NCBI GenBank assembly: GCA_004563595.2
Contig: CP042461.1
Location: 630,001 to 662,000 of the forward strand
From: Candidatus Saccharimonadota bacterium
GTDB taxonomy: Bacteria > Patescibacteriota > Gracilibacteria > BD1-5 > UBA6164
Direction: 5' to 3'
Length of the DNA: 32,000 nt
Part shown: positions 8,028 through 16,872 of the stretch, piece by piece
Numbering within the stretch: the stretch's first letter is position 1
Layout: every line of letters starts with the position of its first letter
The notes under the pieces: generated by a model
The model's input: only the letters and a program-made list of their open reading frames with translations
What the model was told of the DNA's origin: nothing
Database searches by the model: none
Position numbers and translations under genes: made by a program

Positions 8028-9677
8028 ATGTCGAAAGAAATCAAGTACTCAGATGATGCAAGATCAATGATATTTAAAGGGATAGAGGTAGTTGCTAAAA
8101 CAGTAACTGTTACTATGGGGCCTAAATGAAGAAATGTTATCTTAGAGAAAGCATATTGAGCTCCTCAAGTAACAAATGATGGAGTAACTATTGCAAGAGA
8201 AATAGAGTTGGAAGATAAATATGAAAGTTTATGAGCTGAACTTGTAAAAGAAGCTGCTGAAAAAACGAATACTATTGCTGGAGATGGTACAACTACTGCT
8301 ACTCTATTAACATATGCACTTGCAAAAGAATGACTCAGATATATTAAGTCTTGAGTAAATGCAGTTGAATTAAAAAATGGTATGAAAAAAGCTGTTCAGC
8401 TAGTTTCTGATGAACTTGCTAAGAATTCAAAAGCTATTTCATCAAAAGAAGAAATAGCTCAAGTAGCGAGTATTTCTGCTCAAGATCCAGTGGTATGAGA
8501 AATTATTGCTGAAGCAATGGATAAAGTATGAAACGATGGGATTATTTCAGTTGAAGAAGGTCAAACTTTTGGTTTAGAAGTCGAAATAACTGAATGAATG
8601 GAATTTGATCAAGGATATTTGAGTCCTTATATGGTTTCAAATCCTGAAAAAATGCTTTCAGAAATAAAAGATGCTTCAATTCTTATTACAGATGGGAAAA
8701 TATCTAATATGCAAGACTTGTTACCTCTATTAGAATCTTTGGTTCAATCAGGAAAAAAAGATCTTGTTATCATTGCTGAAGATATTGAATGAGAAGTCCT
8801 CACTACGATTATTTTAAATAAACTCAAAGGTATATTAAATGTTCTTGCGATAAAAGCTCCATGATTTGGAGATACAAAAAAAGAAATGATAAAAGATATA
8901 GCTATTCTTACTTGAGCGAATGTCATTGCATCAGACTTAGGTATGAAAGTATCAGAAGTGAGTTTAGATGATTTATGAAGTGCGAAGAATGTGATGGCAT
9001 CAAAAGACGCAACCACTATTATTGCATGAAGCTGACATAAATCAGATATTGAATCCAGGGTTTCAGAGTTAAAACTTGCTATAGAAAACAGTGATTCTAC
9101 TTTTAATAAAGACAAATTAGCTGAGAGAATTGCAAAACTTGCATGAGGAGTTGCTATGATTAAAGTATGAGCTGCTTCAGAAGTTGAAATGAAAGAAAAG
9201 AAATTAAGAATTGAAGATGCATTAAATGCTACCAGAGCTGCTGTCTCAGAATGAGTTGTTGCATGAGGTTGAGTTGCTTTACTTACTGCTTCAAAGATTT
9301 TGAAATGAGTTGATTTTTGAAATGAAGACCAAACTCTTTGAGCTTCTATAGTGAAACAAGCTTTATCTTACCCAATGAAACAAATCGCAGAAAACTCTGG
9401 GAAGGAATGATCAGTAATTATGAGTAAAATTGAAGAGAGTGATAATATATTTTTCTGATATGATGCTGCTTGAGATAAATATGTTGATATGATTGTTGCT
9501 TGAATTCTAGATCCTAAAAAAGTTGCGAGAGTTGCTCTTGAAGAAGCTGTTTCACTTGCTGGTATGTTTTTAACTACAGAAGCTGCTATCACTTCCCTTC
9601 CTAAATCGGAATCAGATCTTCCAATGGGATGAATGTGAGCTGGAATGCCAGGTATGGGTGGAATGCCAATGATGTAA
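8028..9677 (+). CDS. groEL: Chaperonin GroEL, 549 aa (code 25)
   Basis: [12 protein letters not shown]...GPK[G]RNV (TGA 8127-8129)...AGDGTTTAT...C-terminal [12 protein letters not shown]. It shares its frame with the ORF-track fragment 8598-8792, and dozens of in-frame TGA align to Gly. Confidence 0.97.
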
Positions 9678-9702
9678 TAGAAAAATAATTGAAAAACCTT
9701 TA

Positions 9703-9748
9703 ATAACCCATCGCCCTTTGGGCACTTCCCTTCATCCGAATGGAAGAC
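9703..9748 (+). repeat. 46-nt double-hairpin intergenic element, copy 2 (after groEL)
   Basis: ataacccatcgccctttgggcacttcccttcatccgaatggaagac. It differs from copy 1 only within hairpin 1, and the stem is preserved. Confidence 0.8.
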
Positions 9749-9767
9749 TTATTTTGTTATAATTATC

Positions 9768-10178
9768 ATGATTTGCAATAAAAAAGCTTTTTCATTGGTC
9801 GAGGTAATTGTTGCTGCAACGATATTATCAATTTCAGTTTTTTGAGTATACAAATTAATATGAGAGAATAATAAATTGTTACATAATTCAGGGAATTATC
9901 TCCAGGCAAATATGTTATTTATTCCTTTTATCGAATGTCTTGATAATATTTGATTTGATTCATTTTCTGGATCAAGTACTCAGAACTATACTTTTAATTT
10001 TTGATCAGATAAAACATGATGTTTTACATGATCTATAGATGTAGTAGAACTTGATAATATTGAATATGAATTATCTTGAGTTATTACTGGTTCTTGATCT
10101 GAGTTTATCGACTGGGATTTACAGATTTCGAATGATAATATATGAGTTATTGAAAATACATATAAACAAATAAAATAA
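9768..10178 (+). CDS. Prepilin-type N-terminal cleavage/methylation domain protein (pseudopilin or minor pilin), 136 aa (code 25)
   Basis: MICNKKAFSLVEVIVAATILSISVF has a class III signal-peptide-like motif with Glu at +5 and Ala instead of Gly at -1. Checked codon by codon; about 11 TGA read as Gly. Confidence 0.75.
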
Positions 10179-10180
10179 AT

Positions 10181-10218
10181 AAAAAAAAGACACGAGTAGC
10201 TTTCTCTTGTCTTTTTTT
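10181..10218 (+). terminator. Intrinsic terminator after the pseudopilin gene
   Basis: aaaaaaaAGACAcGAG-tagcttt-CTCtTGTCTtttttt. Confidence 0.7.
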
Positions 10219-10518
10219 ATATAATGCTTACTAATTCCTTTTTTTCAGATAGAGTCATATATCAGATATATCGTAAAAATGAAACTTTTTCAGCGATAGT
10301 TAATTTTTTAGAACATGATATTGCATCCAAGACCATTGGTTCTAAAATTACTTTACTTTTTCACATATTTTTTTATATTATAATGAATAATATTGTTATT
10401 TGGAGTTTTAATCTATTATTAACTTCTCCACTAAAATAATTTAAGTATACCTCTATATTAAACCATAGATATTAATAATTGTCAAATATCTTCCTATTTT
10501 TTAAAAGACTTCTTCTTT

Positions 10519-10995
10519 ATGATTATTCTTTGAATTGATCCATGAACAACAACAACGGGTTTTGCTCTTATTAAAAAGGAATCTTGAAATTTTACATTAC
10601 TTGATTATGGTATATTTAAAACGACTCCAAAAATAGATTTAGCAATTAAGCTTTTAGAAATCTGAAATGATATAAAAGAAATTATATCTTCTTTTAAGCC
10701 TGATGTTGTAGTTATTGAAAAGCTTTTCTTTCAAACAAATTTAAAAACAGGTATCGACGTAGCACAAGCAAGATGAGTTGTTATGTATGAGTCAATAAGA
10801 GCTGATACAAAGATACTTGAGTATACTCCCCTTCAGGTAAAAAAAGCTATCACATGAAATGGTCAAGCAAATAAACTCCAACTTCAGAATGCAATTAAGA
10901 TGATATTTAAGCTTGATGAAATCCCAAAACCTGATGATGCTGCTGATGCTATTGGTCTTGCGTATATGGGTGCTTTGAATAATAGGTTGACTTAA
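10519..10995 (+). CDS. ruvC: Holliday junction resolvase RuvC, 158 aa (code 25)
   Basis: MIIL[G]IDP[G]TTTTGFALI (TGA 10531-10533 and 10543-10545 on the invariant glycines)...VVVIEKLFF...PDDAADAIGLAYM. Confidence 0.92.
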
Positions 10996-11071
10996 CTTTG
11001 CTCTCAGAAAATAAATATAGCAGATGTGGTTAATGTATAGACTTTTTAATGTCTACTAAAATTAAAATTGC

Positions 11072-11103
11072 AAAAACCATTCATTTTAAATGAATGGTTT
11101 TTT
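11072..11103. terminator. Bidirectional intrinsic terminator (ruvC and the 11138 cassette converge on it)
   Basis: aaaaaCCATTCAT-ttta-ATGAATGGttttttt. Confidence 0.75.
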
Positions 11104-11137
11104 AGATAACAGTTTTCATATTGAAACACCGAGTTTT

Positions 11138-11365
11138 TTATAACATGAGAAGTATAAATAATTTATCATATTCTGATAAATGGTATTCATATTCTATATA
11201 TAAATCTTCGTGAATACACCAGAGAGAACAAGTAACATTATTGTATGTATCAATATTTGATAAACAATAAGCTATAAGTAGCTCAATATGTTTTATACTT
11301 AGTTTTGTATTTTCTATTTTTATTTTCCTCTCGTTGAGTTGCGTTTCTATTATGTTTTTAGTCAT
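11138..11365 (-). CDS. Hypothetical protein, 75 aa; autonomous cassette
   Basis: GGAGG lies 6 nt before ATG 11365. TAA stop, no TGA, and the terminator at 11072-11103 is downstream. No recognisable domain. Confidence 0.5.
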   Translation of the reverse strand: MTKNIIETQLNERKIKIENTKLSIKHIELLIAYCLSNIDTYNNVTCSLWCIHEDLYIEYEYHLSEYDKLFILLML

Positions 11366-11540
11366 GAATATCCTCCATGTAGTTTATTTAATGTATTCTT
11401 TTGTTATAGAATACATACTTATTTATACTAATTTTTTTTATAAAATCAATTCATTGATTTGCTATAATGGTTCTCTCTTTTTTAAAACTCTCTTTTTCTT
11501 TTGCAAAACATCTATTTTCTATATAATTTTAATGCTTTCT

Positions 11541-11617
11541 AAGGACCTAGCTTAATTAGAAGAGTGCTCGGATTCCGACCCCGAGAAGCGTACGTGCAAT
11601 TCGTGCGGTCCTTGCCA
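11541..11617 (+). tRNA. Atypical tRNA-like gene with encoded CCA; probable anticodon CCG (Arg)
   Basis: Perfect 7-bp acceptor stem AAGGACC/GGTCCTT, discriminator G, then CCA. T arm is GTACG-TGCAATT-CGTGC. Anticodon stem is CTCGG/CCGAG with a 9-nt loop ATTCCGACC, or a 7-nt loop TTCCGAC if A.C closes it. The D stem is weak (G.T, C-G, T-A, T.G), and the loop AATTAGAA lacks GG. Confidence 0.55.
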
Positions 11618-11632
11618 TATAAATTTTAAGCC

Positions 11633-11671
11633 AAAAACCACTTATTTTCAAGAAAAAAATAGGTGGTTTTT
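11633..11671 (+). terminator. Long hairpin plus T-run after the tRNA
   Basis: aaaaaCCACTTATTTT-caagaaa-AAAATAgGTGGttttt. Confidence 0.65.
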
Positions 11672-11711
11672 ATAATATACTAGTATTTTTATATATTATG
11701 TGTTTACTTTT

Positions 11712-12239
11712 TTATAACTCATTTTCTAAATGAATCAAAGCAGTTAAAATTGCTTGTTTAGTAAAATCTTTTCTAAGTAATCTATTTTTTGATAATATGC
11801 CAATTGCTCATCATGCTTGTCATAATGATGGATTATCAGTAAAACCAGCTTTTAAATACGCTTGGTTCATATCTAGTTTTTCGACCAAGATTAAGTCTAT
11901 AATAGTTTTTGGACTTTCATAAGCAGAAGATAATCCTATATGATATTGATTTCCATCATAAATTACACATGCACATACGTTCATAAAGCCTGACTTAGTA
12001 TTAGCTACAAGCATCAGTCCATCTTCTATGCCAAAACTAATTCAATCAGATTCATAAGAGTTATAAGCTCTATTTTTAGCTCCTTCAATTGTTTCTTCTA
12101 ATGACTTAGGTTGTTCAGAGACATGAGAAGGAACAACTTTTTCAAATATTTTTGCTTCCCTAAATAACTCGTAATCTCTAATACTTTCTTCAACTGCAGT
12201 TACTTTATTTTGATTTTTAGAACCTACAAAAACTTTCAT
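11712..12239 (-). CDS. Non-canonical purine NTP phosphatase (YjjX / NTPase I-T, DUF84-like), 175 aa (code 25)
   Basis: MKVFVGSKNQNKVTAVEE...VPSHVSEQPKSLEETIEGAKNRA...[G]ISFGIEDG...[G][G]AIGILSKNRLLRKDFTKQAILTAL. This joins ORF-track fragments 12042-12239 and 11820-12014 in one frame. Confidence 0.8.
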
Positions 12240-12467
12240 AAAAATAATACTTATTAAATATATTTATTTTAGTCTATGATAATAAAATAGCTAGTCAAAG
12301 TATTCTTTATTTTAGATTAAAGTATTTATTATTATTTGTTAAAGATTGCATCTCTATCAAATAATAATAAACTGGTGAATGATATTTATTAGAAGAAACT
12401 TTATTAATTCTATAGTTTTCGATCTTAATTATTACTCAATATATACTAATATGTTATAACTTTATTT

Positions 12468-13160
12468 ATGATCCAAGCTCATTTAAAGACATTAAAATTT
12501 GATTTTTCTCAACTTGATGGTAAGCAAAAATATATATGAGATATTCCCTCTTTAAGGAAACTTACTGAATTGGAGATAAATAACAAAATTACGTATTTTG
12601 TTTGAGAAAATGGTGCTTGAAAATCTACATTAATAGAAGCTATAGCAACCAGTTTTTGATTTAACAAAGAATGATGAACGAAACATTCATTATATCAAAC
12701 AAATGATACTGATAATGGAGTATCAGATTGGATTAACTTATCATGGCAGCCTATAAAATATAAAAATGGTTTTTTCTTCAGAGCTGAATGAATATATAAC
12801 TTTAATAATTATTTAGAAGAAATCGATGGTTTTTCTGCATATTGATGAGATAATTTACACAATTTCTCTCATGGTGAACAATTTATGAAAATTATTGAAT
12901 CGAGAATGGATACTGTTTGATTTTATATACTTGATGAAATAGAATCTGCCTTATCAGCAACAAATCAGCTAAAATTAGTTGAAATCATAAAATATATGAG
13001 ATCAATGTGAAGTCAGTTTATCATAGCAACCCACTCCCCTATAATATTATCAATATCAGATAGTGATATATTATCATTTGATGATTGAGAGATACAAAAA
13101 ATTGATTATGATTTTACCCCCTGTGTAGATATATATAAAAGAGTTTTACTTAAAAAATAA
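12468..13160 (+). CDS. ABC/AAA-type ATPase of unknown role, 230 aa (code 25)
   Basis: Walker A is FV[G]EN GA[G]KSTLIEAIA, there is an SHGE signature-like motif, Walker B is FYILDEIESALS, and IIATHSP follows. Checked codon by codon; ends TAA 13158-13160. Confidence 0.8.
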
Positions 13161-13220
13161 TAGATCTCTATGAAAAAACCTTAAATAGCTATATTTTACT
13201 TATATTTTCTCTTCTGCACT

Positions 13221-13251
13221 AAAAAGCACAGGATAAAATCCTGTGCTTTTT
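13221..13251. terminator. Bidirectional intrinsic terminator between convergent genes
   Basis: aaaaaGCACAGGA-taaaa-TCCTGTGCttttt. Confidence 0.8.
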
Positions 13252-13259
13252 AGTTTTTC

Positions 13260-14846
13260 TTAATTCTTAAAACAACGAATAGCAGAACCCGTTGGACGTT
13301 CTATAGAATGAATAGCAGAAACGGCTGATTGAGTTGATACTCTTAAGACGTATCCATTCAAACTTGCTGGTGAAGCACTTGCATAAAATCCTATGATTTC
13401 TGTAGATGCTAAGTAAGCATTCCAATGTTGACGGTACCCATTTAATGGTAATTTAAGAGTACTTCTTATGGCTGCCCCATTATTTTGCCATCATCATGCT
13501 ATTACTACACCACTCCATTCCGTATAGGCAGGTATATGATATCATGTAACACATGGTCATTGCATTTTAGTTTGGTTACTAGGATCTGAGCTAGAATAAG
13601 TAGCTGTTGAACTATTTACAACTCACCAATCATTGGCACTTCATGCATTGGTTCATCCTGGTGACTTCCAATCATAACTCCATGAAGAGTTTGAATTAGT
13701 CCATGTTCCGTCTTCATAACTTACGTTTCTACCAAATTGGAAATGACCTCAGTATGAACTTGCAGTTGTTCATGCTATATTAGTTCATAGATTACAAGCT
13801 GATATTGTAAAAGGTCAATATCAATTTGCTGCTGGAACTGTTATATCATCTGTATCACATCATGGGTAATTAGCGTATTCATGGAATGCACTACAAGCAT
13901 TATTTTCTCATCAATTCAGACCATCACATGTCCATGTATAATTACTTCATTCTCATCCATCTGTTACGCTTGTTTGTGTTCAAGTGACACAGAGGTTAGT
14001 TGGTGTGGTTATGAAACTTCATGAATTATCTGATCCACATATCCCATTTTCTGGTGCTACATAATCTGATACTTTTCCTGTAATAATAGTTTCTGCAAAA
14101 TTTCGAGCTGTTGAGCTATCTAAACTTGCTACCACTGCATATATTTCATCATTCAACTCTGAAGTTGTTGAATATGCTGTTTTAAGGGCAAGAGCAAAAT
14201 TTTCATAGTTATCTTTTATATTATTACTGGTAAGTATTACTCATGAATTTGTAAGTTGTACTACTTGATAGTTTACAATTTTATCATTGAGTTCAAAATC
14301 CACTGCAGTGTCTAAGTCTTCTGCTGATGTATGAAGTCATGGGACTCCATAATAACTTCCATTATCTGCCAATAGATATAATCAGTTATATGTTCATTTT
14401 ACATATGGTGAAGTTGATTCTGCATAGCTTGTATTTGTGATGTTATTTTGTGCTAATTCAAAGTCATATTTTAATTCATATTCTTTCCTACTTAATGTCG
14501 TTGCATATTTCATAGTTTCCCCTGTTTTTGGATCTAGTGGTAATTTAGAAAGTCTTTCCACTTGTGTTTGTACTGTAGTATCCATATTTCAAGACTTCCA
14601 TAATATAACGGTTCATCATGAGGCTGTTATGTCTGAAGAATTTCAAGGGAGTGGATATTTTCCAGTTTTTAATGCAAAGAATTCTAATACATTTTCAGTA
14701 TTTTTTATATCTGTTATTCTTGCTCCATTTCGTGCATGCTTACTATATCATTGTAATGATATAAACGCTATAGTTCATAGGATTGTTAGAATAGTAATCA
14801 CTACTATTAATTCTACCAGAGTAAATGCTTGTTTTTTTAGATTCAT
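13260..14846 (-). CDS. Type IV pilin-like protein with a C-terminal FISUMP (Fibrobacter succinogenes major paralogous, TIGR02145-like) domain, 528 aa (code 25)
   Basis: MNLKKQAFTLVELIVVITILTIL[G]TIAF prepilin motif. The C-terminus carries [G]PCVT[G]YHIPAYTEWSGV...FYASASP...SAIRCFKN*. The whole ORF was checked codon by codon, and it includes ORF-track fragment 14394-14585. Confidence 0.8.
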
Positions 14847-15058
14847 AATATATATATTAGTAATAATAAGACTTATAACTTATTCACACAATAATGTATC
14901 AATGAAAAAATAATATTTTTAAATGAGTGTATGTCAAGTAAAAAATCCCTTTATCTAGCTTAAAACTACTAGGCATCATTTTTCAAATTAATCAAATAAA
15001 ATGCTTTGTATTTTAGTTTGGAGAAAAATAAAATTTTTAATAGATTAACTCTAAAAAC

Positions 15059-15086
15059 AAAAAAAAGGTGTGAACACACCTTTTTT
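15059..15086 (-). terminator. Intrinsic terminator of the PilZ cassette
   Basis: aaaaaaaGGTGT-gaac-ACACCtttttt. Confidence 0.75.
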
Positions 15087-15097
15087 ATCATTCATAT

Positions 15098-15550
15098 CTA
15101 TCACTTAGGCATAAGTGATAGTCCCCTTTTTTGCATTATTTTTTTTGGTTTATAGGAGTCAAAAATTTCAATTGCACTGTGTAATTGATCTTCATGAACA
15201 GCTGATAAATGCGTAAATACAAATGCAGTACCATCACCTTTATCATCCCTGACGTGACGTAAGAAGCGAGCTTGGAGTTTTTTCAATGTTAATTTTTCTG
15301 ATGGTGAGTGTAAAATCAGTGTACTAAAATTACAAATCTCTCCTTGTTTTAGTGTTTTAAATCCACAACTATCATCTAACGTTGATAGATAGACACAACC
15401 CCCTTTTGTATTGATATTAATAATACCAGTAGTAAATGGTGCATGTGTTGCTGGAGTACCAAACCTAGGAATATAAATTTGAGCTTGAAAATTTGCATTG
15501 ACTCGAGAACTTTTTCTATCAGTTTTTTCATTAGGTTGTGCTATAGACAT
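15098..15550 (-). CDS. PilZ-domain-like protein, 149 aa (150 with a terminal Gly under code 25); autonomous cassette
   Basis: RKSSR (RxxxR) is followed 29 residues later by NINTKGG (D/N-x-S-x-x-G-like). GAGG lies 6 nt before the ATG. 9 internal Gly, none TGA. Ends TGA TAG (15103-15098). Confidence 0.6.
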
Positions 15551-15972
15551 AACAGCCTCACATTAGTTTTTGTATACGTCAGTTTATTTATTATACTGAC
15601 TCAATTCAAAATTACAATCTTTTTCAACGTGCTGTCATTTCTGTATCTATATACAGATAAAATCTATCAGTATACAGTTGACTCCAGTAGTTTTATGTCT
15701 ATACTTATTATTATTTTATATGCTTATAAATATGAGAAACAAAAATATTATGCTGAGTGGAAATCAATTAGACTTAATTTGAGAAAAATGGATTAGTCAT
15801 GAATCTATGACTCCTGAAAGAATAAAAATAATAAGAGAATATTTAACATCTATCGAAATTGAGAGGATATTAAAAAAATGATGAGAAAAATTACTTTGAA
15901 TGAATATAGTTCAGGTAAAAGAGTATAGATAGTCTGCAGATACAAATATTTAAAACTACAAAATATACTTTT

Positions 15973-16785
15973 ATGCCAAAATATTACAAATCAAAATTTT
16001 ATGATTCACCAATTGAGGTCCTTAATGATAATTGAGATGTTTCAGTGACCATAAAAGATTGTTTTGGAAGAAAATCAATTTATAGCTGGTATAATTTAGA
16101 AGATAAAAATTCTCAAAGTCATTATATTAATAAGTGTTTACTTGGAGGTTTTTTGCAGCAAGATATTAAAAATATTCTCGTGATTTGAGTTTGATGAGGT
16201 GCTTTTGTGAAATATTTAGAAGATCATGTACCTGGAGTGACTATTACTGGTATTGAAATAGATGAAGCTATGATTGAGATTGCTCAAAAGGAATTGAATA
16301 TAAAATCTAAGGACATGATTGTATGAGATATTTCTGATGTTATTGATCAATTGAGTGATAGGGGGGCTTATTATGATCTTATCTTGTTTGATGTATATTG
16401 ATGAACTTGAGAAATACCAAAATCAGTTACTAATAATGATCTATTTTTAAAATTAAAGTCTTTACTAGAAAACGATTGAATTTTTTCAATAAATTATTCT
16501 AACTTTTATCCTCTCTGAGAGAGTTTTATAGATATTTCAGTATCAAAGTATTATAAAACTATTCACAAGAGTCTGCAGGATGTTTTTTGAGGCAATTTTC
16601 TTGCTTTTCTCTCTGGAGAAAGTGAATGAGGAAATGTTGCGGGGATTTATAATTTGAAGAAAAAACATACTTTGAATGAGATAAAGAGTATTTATTATAA
16701 AAAGGTTCAGAGTAATGAGATTATTCTTGATTCAAGAATAATCGAATGAATTTATTTAGATAACTTGTGAAATTTTCTTGCTTAA
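15973..16785 (+). CDS. Spermidine-synthase-like class I SAM-dependent methyltransferase fold protein, 270 aa (code 25)
   Basis: ILVI[G]V[G][G]GAFVKYL...GIEIDEAMIEIA...LILFDVY. Checked codon by codon; 14 TGA against 11 GGN for Gly by my count. Confidence 0.75.
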
Positions 16786-16810
16786 TACTCTAAAAAAATA
16801 TAAATATTTT

Positions 16811-16849
16811 AAAGACCAGTATCATTTCTGATACTGGTCTTTATTTTTT
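16811..16849. terminator. Bidirectional intrinsic terminator (12-bp stem)
   Basis: AGACCAGTATCA-tttc-TGATACTGGTCT flanked by A and T runs, between the convergent methyltransferase and PiT genes. Confidence 0.85.
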
Positions 16850-16872
16850 CTCCTTAATTGTTTTGTTTTTGT

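Noticed and set aside
7627-9592. ORF-track entries 7627-7824(-), 8744-9115(-) and 9368-9592(-) opposite groES and groEL, plus the 7580 start for groES
   Set aside because: They lie antisense to unambiguous groES and groEL coding sequence, have low-complexity or odd composition, and have no start signals. The conserved GroES N-terminus begins at ATG 7658.
10217-10439. Two competing small ORFs between the pseudopilin and ruvC: 10224-10439(+) of 71 aa, and a code-25 ORF 10217-10366(-) of 49 aa
   Set aside because: Both overlap the pseudopilin terminator hairpin, neither has a start signal or recognisable motif, and they exclude each other. I could not support either one.
11334-11555. ORF-track entry 11334-11555(+), 73 aa
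   Set aside because: It overlaps the start of the 11138-11365 cassette and runs into the tRNA-like gene. It has a low-complexity Phe/Ile/Tyr-rich product and no SD.
14437-15796. ORF-track entries 14437-14913(+) and 15443-15796(+)
   Set aside because: They are antisense to or overlap the verified pilin-FISUMP and PilZ genes. Their products are hydrophobic and low-complexity, typical of the reverse strand of AT-rich genes.
15750-15932. 60-codon code-25 ORF (MLSGNQLDLI-G-EKW...) just upstream of the methyltransferase
   Set aside because: It has no motif or start signal and overlaps the PilZ promoter region. It is possibly real, but the sequence alone does not support it.
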